Source: an uncultured virus (IMG/VR IMGVR_UViG_3300021963_000089)
Taxonomy: Duplodnaviria; Heunggongvirae; Uroviricota; Caudoviricetes
Length of the DNA stretch: 20,000 nt
Reading direction: 5' to 3' (one strand)
IMG/VR virus record: IMGVR_UViG_3300021963_000089
Every line of letters starts with the position of its first letter. Position 1 is the stretch's first letter. This document shows positions 8,540-15,049 of the stretch, piece after piece. The position numbers and the translations under genes are program-made. A model generated the notes under the pieces. That model did no database searches. It was not told the DNA's origin and saw nothing but the letters and a program-made list of their open reading frames with translations.

Positions 8540-10270
8540 ATGGACGTAAAGAGTCTACTAACAAATAATATGAATCCACAGGCTAAGCTAATGGCTGAAA
8601 CCCGTGGTCTTCAAAACAAGTGGGAAAAGACAGGTCTTCTCGAAAACACCACAGGTGTTGAAAAGGCACACATGTCGATCCTCTTGGAAAACCAAGCAAA
8701 GCAATTGTTGGACGAAGCTTCAACAACTGGAACTAGTGCAAACAGTGAACAATGGGCAGGCGTTGCTCTTCCATTGGTCCGTCGTGTATTTGCTGAGATC
8801 GCTGCTAAGGAGTTCGTTTCGGTTCAACCAATGAACCTCCCAAGCGGTCTTATCTTCTATCTCGACTTCAAGTATGGTTCCGGCACTCAATTGGGACACA
8901 CTGCAGGCGAAAGCTTGTTCGGTGGTAACCAAAAGAAGCTCGGTTCTACTGATGCTGCTGTAAATGGTCTCTATGGCCAAGGACGCTATGCTTATTCTGA
9001 GCGCACCGTCTCTAGCTCAAACGCAACTGTTCTCGTAGCTACCGCAAGCTGGAACGATCTACAATTCGATTCTTCTTTCAGTGCTTCCGTTAACGGTTCT
9101 AACGAAGTTCCAGGTGTCTACAAGATTACCTTTAACATCGACGACAACACCGAAACAAAGCCAGGTTCCGGTAACCTCTGGAACGTTGACTTGAACGCAG
9201 TTCGTTCTTTCGGTGTTCAAAAGAGTTCTGGTGTAGCTTACACTGTATTGAACACTTACGCAACCGCAGTTAACACTGGTAGCTTGGCAAACCCATACTA
9301 TCAAATTAACTTGTTCGTAAGTCAATCTGCTGGTGCAGCTGCTCCTACTACTACCGCACGTTTGAACTACACAGTTCAACCTTCGGACAACCTCCGTGGT
9401 GACTTCGAAGACGGTAAGACCGCTGGTGAAGGTTCTGGTGTTGCTAACAACGTCTATACCCAATCTATCGGCACTGACATCAAGATCCCAGAAGTCAACC
9501 TTGAGTTGAAGAGCGAACCAATCGTTGCTAAGACTCGTAAGTTGAAGGCTGTCTGGACCCCAGAATTGGCTCAAGACTTGAACGCATATCACTCTATTGA
9601 TGCAGAAGCAGAACTTACTGCTCTCTTGAGTGAGTATGTTTCGATGGAAATCGACCTCGAAATCCTCGACATGTTGAACGAGTCTGTCACTGGTGTAACT
9701 ACCGAAGCTTGGTCTGCCCAAATCGGAACTGAGTTCACCAAGACTGTAAACAACACCACCGATGTGGCTTCGTTCACCCGTGTTGTTAATGCTTCAGCAA
9801 ACCGCACCGCTTACGTAAAGAGCACTTGGTTCCAAACTCTTGGTAACAAGATCCAAAAGGTCTCTAACAAGATTCACCAATTGACTCTACGTGGTGGCGC
9901 AAACTTCTTGGTATGTTCGCCAGACGTAGCAACCATCTTGGAGTCAATCCCAGGATATGTTGTGAACACTGACGGTGACCAAGCTAAATTCGCAATGGGT
10001 GTAAGCCGTGTTGGTAGCTTCGCAAGTCGCTTCCAAGTTTACAAGAACCCATACATGACCGATAATGCTATCCTCGTTGGTTTCCGTGGTAGCAACTTCT
10101 TGGAGACTGGTGCTGTGTATGCTCCATACATCCCACTCATCCAAACTCCATTGGTCTATGATCCAGTGAACTTCACTCCACGCCGTGGTGTGATGACTCG
10201 CTACGCTAAGAAGGTAGTGCGTCCTGAGTTCTACGGTAAGGTCTTGATCGCCGATCTCGACACCGTATAA
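8540..10270 (+). CDS. gp23: Major capsid protein (T4 gp23-like)
   Basis: Motifs ILLENQ, LPLVRRVF, VQPMNLPSGLIFYL, AKTRKLKAVWTPELAQDLNAYHSIDAEAELTALLS, YAPYIPL and FTPRRGVMTRYA. C-ending codon bias of a highly expressed gene. Confidence 0.97.
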   Translation: MDVKSLLTNNMNPQAKLMAETRGLQNKWEKTGLLENTTGVEKAHMSILLENQAKQLLDEASTTGTSANSEQWAGVALPLVRRVFAEIAAKEFVSVQPMNLPSGLIFYLDFKYGSGTQLGHTAGESLFGGNQKKLGSTDAAVNGLYGQGRYAYSERTVSSSNATVLVATASWNDLQFDSSFSASVNGSNEVPGVYKITFNIDDNTETKPGSGNLWNVDLNAVRSFGVQKSSGVAYTVLNTYATAVNTGSLANPYYQINLFVSQSAGAAAPTTTARLNYTVQPSDNLRGDFEDGKTAGEGSGVANNVYTQSIGTDIKIPEVNLELKSEPIVAKTRKLKAVWTPELAQDLNAYHSIDAEAELTALLSEYVSMEIDLEILDMLNESVTGVTTEAWSAQIGTEFTKTVNNTTDVASFTRVVNASANRTAYVKSTWFQTLGNKIQKVSNKIHQLTLRGGANFLVCSPDVATILESIPGYVVNTDGDQAKFAMGVSRVGSFASRFQVYKNPYMTDNAILVGFRGSNFLETGAVYAPYIPLIQTPLVYDPVNFTPRRGVMTRYAKKVVRPEFYGKVLIADLDTV

Positions 10271-10296
10271 TTTGGATTAGTCTAAATTAGATAACG

Positions 10297-10328
10297 AACC
10301 CACCAGTCGAAAGGCTGGTGGGTTTTTT
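10297..10328 (+). terminator. Intrinsic terminator after the major capsid gene
   Basis: Stem AACCCACCAGTC / GGCTGGTGGGTT (one G-U pair), GAAA tetraloop, followed by a T-run. Sits between convergent genes. Confidence 0.9.
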
Positions 10329-11100
10329 ATTGGAAAAATTCGTTGTTATTACCCACTACAACTTCTTGTATTTGTTCTGTGAAAGATGTTGATTTCGGAT
10401 AGGGTAACAGTTTATGTATCAACGATTTTGACAGCCGTTTATTTTCAATCTTGTTACTGATGAACTTGATGTAACGGTGTTTGCCACTCTCACGTTTGCG
10501 CCAGAACGTTTTTCCTATACGTTCCTTAAGTTTGTCCACATTGTGTGTTTTCCATCTACCATAGACGTTTCTACTGTGTATCCAATCATAGTTGGGTGGT
10601 CCAACCAAACTAACACTGTAATTTGGCATCAATGCGATATCAACATAATTGTCGCCTTGGTATAAGAAGCCGGTTGCTTGATAAATGGTTCCGGCATGTC
10701 CAACTTCGCTGTCAGCATAACTCAAGATACACTTGATTTGAGGAAACTCCATGTTCAACAATCTGAAACTTTCTGCTATGCAGTAACTTTCTATGTTACT
10801 ACCGTGACCGTCTTCAATCCACAATCTGGTCAATTCAAATACGTTATCATTGGTTAGTAACGGAGTTATACTGGTGCTTGAGTTACGTCCTACAGCATTA
10901 CCGTATACAAGAACCCCAATCAATCTACTGTCAAATCCTCCAAAGAACGTGCTTTCAACATAATCTTTGGTATACACACCATATGCTACAGAACAACTGG
11001 TCCACTTGTGTGTATAGTGGTTCTTTTCGATCAAATTACGTGCGACCGATTTGTTGATCGATTTTAGATATATCAGCGATGTGTCACAATATTTTGACAT
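10327..11100 (-). CDS. mom: Mom-like (GNAT-fold) DNA adenine-modification enzyme
   Basis: Motifs IEKNHYTH, FELTRLWI, ILSYADSEVGHAGTIYQATGFLYQG and KHRY match the Mu Mom-like family pattern. Likely start is ATG at 11100. Confidence 0.78.
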   Translation of the reverse strand: MSKYCDTSLIYLKSINKSVARNLIEKNHYTHKWTSCSVAYGVYTKDYVESTFFGGFDSRLIGVLVYGNAVGRNSSTSITPLLTNDNVFELTRLWIEDGHGSNIESYCIAESFRLLNMEFPQIKCILSYADSEVGHAGTIYQATGFLYQGDNYVDIALMPNYSVSLVGPPNYDWIHSRNVYGRWKTHNVDKLKERIGKTFWRKRESGKHRYIKFISNKIENKRLSKSLIHKLLPYPKSTSFTEQIQEVVVGNNNEFFQ

Positions 11101-11106
11101 GTTAAT

Positions 11107-11135
11107 ATCATAAATGAGTGTGGTGAAATACACAA
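11107..11135 (-). promoter_or_regulatory. Candidate sigma70-type promoter for the mom-like gene
   Basis: Minus strand reads TTGTGT-N17-TATGAT-N6-ATG. Confidence 0.45.
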
Positions 11136-11154
11136 GTTTTTATACACCGATTCA

Positions 11155-11163
11155 ATATTTATA
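11155..11163 (+). promoter_or_regulatory. ATATTTATA upstream motif
   Basis: 3 nt before ATG 11167. Confidence 0.6.
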
Positions 11164-11166
11164 GGT

Positions 11167-12093
11167 ATGAGAAAACTATTTACACTATTTTTGGCTTCTT
11201 TTTTATTGGTTGGAGGATGCAAAACATCCAATGTAGAAAAGGTTCAAAAAACAAAAGATGGTCTTGCTGAGACCCGAGTTGAATTGGCAAAAAATGAGGG
11301 TGAGAAACTACAACAAGTTGCAACTTTAGCATCTGGAACTGATTACTCGTTGAAGGCGGTCACCAACCCTCCAGTTCAAGTCAAGACTGCTATAGACTTT
11401 AACAATAGGGTATTGAACATTACTGGCAACCCTAATATTGATGAGTTGAACAAAATCAAGGAACTTACAGATCTTTTGAATAGTGAAGTTCAGAAAGAAA
11501 AAGACAAGGGTGCTAAACTTCTAAAACAAAGAGACGAGGAGATTCTAGCACTTCAAGTAAAACAGAAAGAGATCGAAGACATTTATGAAGAACAAATAAA
11601 AGGTCTCGAAACACAAGCATCACAAGTTGCAAAGAAGGCCGATGCGTTGCAAGTGACCGTTGACGAAGTAAATAGTTGGATGGGACTTGGTGGTATAATG
11701 TATGGTTTGAAACGATTTGTTACCATAGGTGTAACTGGCATATTGATCTTCTTGATATGTTTTATGGTATTGAGATTCTTGGCAGCAACAAACCCAATCG
11801 CTGGAGCTATATTTGGTATATTTGAACACATTGTTGCTTCGATCATCAATCTTCTCAAAGGTGTTGCTCCAAAAGCTTTACAATTCAGTAATCATATTGA
11901 GTTACCTACGTTTAACAAACATAAAAACACATTGGATACTGTGGTTGATACTCTTGAAAGTCTAAAGACCATTCAGAAACGTTCAAGCACCAAGATGTCA
12001 TTGGATGACGTATTTGTTGAACTAGATAAGAACTTGGATGCCGAAGAAAAGATATTGATTAACGAATTAAAAACGATAAACAAATACGGATAA
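11167..12093 (+). CDS. Lipoprotein with coiled coil and C-terminal transmembrane region (unimolecular-spanin-like topology)
   Basis: Signal peptide MRKLFTLFLASFLLVGG|C18, a long charged helical region, then hydrophobic FVTIGVTGILIFLICFMVL and an amphipathic segment. Confidence 0.6.
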   Translation: MRKLFTLFLASFLLVGGCKTSNVEKVQKTKDGLAETRVELAKNEGEKLQQVATLASGTDYSLKAVTNPPVQVKTAIDFNNRVLNITGNPNIDELNKIKELTDLLNSEVQKEKDKGAKLLKQRDEEILALQVKQKEIEDIYEEQIKGLETQASQVAKKADALQVTVDEVNSWMGLGGIMYGLKRFVTIGVTGILIFLICFMVLRFLAATNPIAGAIFGIFEHIVASIINLLKGVAPKALQFSNHIELPTFNKHKNTLDTVVDTLESLKTIQKRSSTKMSLDDVFVELDKNLDAEEKILINELKTINKYG

Positions 12094-12101
12094 TATTTAT
12101 A
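12093..12101 (+). promoter_or_regulatory. ATATTTATA upstream motif
   Basis: 4 nt before ATG 12106. Confidence 0.6.
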
Positions 12102-12105
12102 TCAT

Positions 12106-12708
12106 ATGATCAAGCTTAACGACCTGATAGAGAGCGACTCGCTTTGCTCAATGAACTTGTTGGAAGAAGTAGAGACAACTTCCAATTTACGATATCATTT
12201 GTCAAAGAACATACCTTTGTGTGAGAACATTTTTCGAACCTACAGTGAATCTTACTTTGAGTTGATTGATGAAGTTCGTAAATTGTATTATGACAACCTA
12301 ATAGAGTTGTGTGATGCAGATGCTGAATTGGTCGAGAGTGATCTTGGTAAGAAGGAAGTATTTGAGGGTCGAGAGGTTTATTTGGATGCTCCTATTGAAG
12401 TCGAAGAAGATTTGATCATGGAGTTGAAACACAGAGGTCGCACTGTTCATCTCAATAGACCATTCAGAACTCCAGGCGGTCCTAAGAAATACGCCGTGTA
12501 TGTCAAATCAAAAAACGGCAACGTGAAGAAGGTAACTTTTGGTGATCCAAATATGAGAAGTAGAGCTAGTAGCAAGGCTCGTCGTAAGAGTTTTGCCGCT
12601 AGACACAGATGTAGTCAAAAGAAAGATAGAACTACAGCTGGTTACTGGAGTTGCCGTAGTCATCGTATTCGTAGTTTAGGAAACAAGGGTAAAGGAAAAT
12701 ACTGGTAA
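12106..12708 (+). CDS. Two-domain hypothetical protein: acidic N-terminal half, very basic C-terminal domain; MIKLNDLIE leader
   Basis: C-terminal LNRPFRTPGGPKKYAVYVK...VTFGDPNM...RKSFAARHRC...TAGYWSCR is a recurring phage domain of unknown function (DUF6321-like from memory). Confidence 0.75.
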   Translation: MIKLNDLIESDSLCSMNLLEEVETTSNLRYHLSKNIPLCENIFRTYSESYFELIDEVRKLYYDNLIELCDADAELVESDLGKKEVFEGREVYLDAPIEVEEDLIMELKHRGRTVHLNRPFRTPGGPKKYAVYVKSKNGNVKKVTFGDPNMRSRASSKARRKSFAARHRCSQKKDRTTAGYWSCRSHRIRSLGNKGKGKYW

Positions 12709-12713
12709 AATTT

Positions 12714-13997
12714 ATGGTTAAACTAATTGATATTTTGGTGGAGAATCCCGATACTGTATATTATAAGAGAAAGACTTATAGCTATACTTCCCCAGCTAAC
12801 AGATGTGCTTTTTTCGTTTATGAAGACGACAAGAGTGGTAAAAAGTCAATATTTGGATATAGTGACAACAAAAAACAGTTTTATTCAGATGATAGTGATG
12901 TATTAAAAGACATCAAAGAGATGGAAGATAGTGAACAACTCAAATATAGTGATGATTTTCAAGGTGACGAACAATCAAAGTATTGGGCACAACAAGGTAT
13001 CAAACGATTAAAGGCTAGTAACAATGGTGGTGGTCATTTGCAATTGGAAAATATTCTAAAGGGATTGGGTAGAATGGGTCAATATTCAGATCCCATCATG
13101 AAGGGTAGAATCTTTGAGGTAGACAATACAGATGGTAAACCACCTGAAAATTTGGATTTACAAATTGAAAGCACAATACCAAGTGGTAAAGCTATCATTG
13201 TAACATTCTGGGATTATAATGAAGACAAGGTAATTCCATACAAAGATCAATATGAAAAAGTCATAGAGTTTAATGGATATAATCCAACTGAGTGTTTGTA
13301 TGAAATTGGTATCAAAATAAGGTCATACAATGAACTGTATGACAAAGAAGAACCTAAGAAAGAAACTCCTCCACCTACACCTAAACCATCTGCTACAGAC
13401 GAAGCTGATAAGTTTTTCAAAGTGGGTGACAAAGTAAAATTTAAAGGAATGGGTATAAAAGCTGTTGTTAAAGCTATTAAAGGTAATAATTTATCGATAA
13501 AAGTAACTGATAGTGATTGGAACACTACACCGGTTGGTAGTGAATTTGATTATCCATATTGGGGAGTTGATAAATTAGAACAAGATAATAGTTTGGAAAA
13601 AGTAATTGATGATAAGACTCAAGAGTTTATTGAAAAGAGAGGAAAACTTCATACAACAGGAGCGAAACTTACGCCTGCTGAAAAGGATAATTTAGAAAAA
13701 GAAGTAAATGGGTTAGAAGTGGAAATTAAAATATTGAATGATCTTTTGGTATCGGGTGAGAAGTATTATAATGATAACATTAAGAATACTGTTGCTACTG
13801 TAGTTGCTCGTAAATTGGCATCTTTAGAAAAAGAGAAACAAGATAGATACAATCTGATTACTCAAGCTGAAAAACAATATGGTATGCCAATTGCGCAACT
13901 AAGACAAAAGTATAGAGGTGTGCCTTTGGACCAATTGGTAAAGAAGGAACATTTGATTCGTGAAATTATTAGAAAATATGTTACTCGTAGAAAATAG
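12714..13997 (+). CDS. Multidomain hypothetical protein with MVKLIDILVE leader, Pro-rich linker and SH3/KOW-like segment
   Basis: 427-aa ORF. Linker EPKKETPPPTPKP, then FKVGDKVKF (SH3/KOW-like), then a helical C-terminus. Confidence 0.7.
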   Translation: MVKLIDILVENPDTVYYKRKTYSYTSPANRCAFFVYEDDKSGKKSIFGYSDNKKQFYSDDSDVLKDIKEMEDSEQLKYSDDFQGDEQSKYWAQQGIKRLKASNNGGGHLQLENILKGLGRMGQYSDPIMKGRIFEVDNTDGKPPENLDLQIESTIPSGKAIIVTFWDYNEDKVIPYKDQYEKVIEFNGYNPTECLYEIGIKIRSYNELYDKEEPKKETPPPTPKPSATDEADKFFKVGDKVKFKGMGIKAVVKAIKGNNLSIKVTDSDWNTTPVGSEFDYPYWGVDKLEQDNSLEKVIDDKTQEFIEKRGKLHTTGAKLTPAEKDNLEKEVNGLEVEIKILNDLLVSGEKYYNDNIKNTVATVVARKLASLEKEKQDRYNLITQAEKQYGMPIAQLRQKYRGVPLDQLVKKEHLIREIIRKYVTRRK

Positions 13998-14493
13998 ACA
14001 CGTTGAAAAAGGTTGTTTAATGGCACATGTAAGTCCCACTTATGGACCACATGTAATTAGACTTGGTAGAACCGCAATACCACCGCAAATACTATATACC
14101 GATCCCAATGATCCTACATATGGTTATGATGAAGAACCTCATGTGACTCTCAAGTATGGATTTGAACCAGATATTGGTAGACCCGATGTTGCTAGAATCC
14201 TTCAAGGTGTAAAGCCATTTAATGTGGTATTGAAAGCACTCAATTTGTTTGAAAATGATAAATTTGATGTGGTTAAGTTTGAAGTTGAAAAAAGTCCTAT
14301 ATTGACCGAATTGAGACGTAGATGTGATGGTTATCCTAATAGTGATAGTTATCCAGACTATAAACCTCACATGACACTAGCTTATGTGAAGAAGGGTAGC
14401 TTTCCACACATCAAAGATAATCTAAATATATCTTTACCAATTACCAGATTCAAGTATAGTGGTCCAAAAGGCAAATACTTTATAAACCTATGA
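13960..14493 (+). CDS. 2H phosphoesterase (LigT / T4 gp57B-Acb1-like)
   Basis: Two HxT motifs, PHVTLKYG and YKPHMTLAY, with typical spacing and size. Start uncertain: GTG 13960 or ATG 13978. Confidence 0.85.
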   Translation: MKLLENMLLVENRHVEKGCLMAHVSPTYGPHVIRLGRTAIPPQILYTDPNDPTYGYDEEPHVTLKYGFEPDIGRPDVARILQGVKPFNVVLKALNLFENDKFDVVKFEVEKSPILTELRRRCDGYPNSDSYPDYKPHMTLAYVKKGSFPHIKDNLNISLPITRFKYSGPKGKYFINL

Positions 14494-14993
14494 TCAAGTT
14501 AAAAGACATTCTCAGTGAAGTTGCTAATGCAGATATCAATCAAATTGCATCCACATTAGCATTTAAGCCAGTAACCAAACAAAAGTTGGTTTATAAATAC
14601 ATTGACGGAGGTAAGCCTGGTTCTATGCCTCCAATGACATATACCAAATCAACCATTCAACAACCAGTAGTTACTACAACCAGTGATGGTAAAGAAACAC
14701 AAAACACTGCTGAAGTTGGTGATATTATTTTTAGTGGTGCTACTGGTGAGAATTATGTAATCAAGGCAGCTAAGTTACCTAAGTTATATACTGGTAATGT
14801 TGGTGGAGATATTTATCCAGAACAATCTCCAAGACAAGTTGCTTTGTATACAGGCGAACCAGTAACATTTAAAGCTCCGTGGGGAGAAGATATGATTATT
14901 AAGCCAGGCGATTATTTGGTAAAAGACCCAGCTAATACTGGTTATTATCGTATTGCTAAAGTTGAGTTCGAAAAGACATATAACAAATTGTAA
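14490..14993 (+). CDS. Protein with internally duplicated PGDY-type domain; MIKLKDILSE leader
   Basis: Two related halves, AEVGDIIFSGATGENYVIK...KLY and IKPGDYLVKD...YYRIAK..FEKTY. ATGA overlap with the 2H gene. Confidence 0.7.
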   Translation: MIKLKDILSEVANADINQIASTLAFKPVTKQKLVYKYIDGGKPGSMPPMTYTKSTIQQPVVTTTSDGKETQNTAEVGDIIFSGATGENYVIKAAKLPKLYTGNVGGDIYPEQSPRQVALYTGEPVTFKAPWGEDMIIKPGDYLVKDPANTGYYRIAKVEFEKTYNKL

Positions 14994-14999
14994 ATTAAA

Positions 15000-15017
15000 C
15001 CGCAGTATTAACTGTGG
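15000..15017 (+). terminator. Possible weak hairpin/terminator
   Basis: CCGCAGT-ATTA-ACTGTGG stem directly after the 14993 stop. No immediate U-run. Confidence 0.3.
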
Positions 15018-15033
15018 GCATAGCAATTTTCTA

Positions 15034-15042
15034 ATATTTATA
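15034..15042 (+). promoter_or_regulatory. ATATTTATA upstream motif
   Basis: 7 nt before ATG 15050. Confidence 0.6.
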
Positions 15043-15049
15043 ATAAACT

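Noticed and set aside
7287..10144. Long antisense and alternate-frame ORFs over scaffold and capsid (7287-7781, 7537-8238, 9059-9721 and others)
   Set aside because: Shadow ORFs of strongly codon-biased genes, with Phe/Leu/Ser-rich composition and no recognisable motifs.
1..10270. Introns or inteins in terminase, portal or capsid genes; tRNA genes
   Set aside because: Reading frames are continuous with no intein motifs, and the short intergenic gaps show no cloverleaf or T-loop signature.
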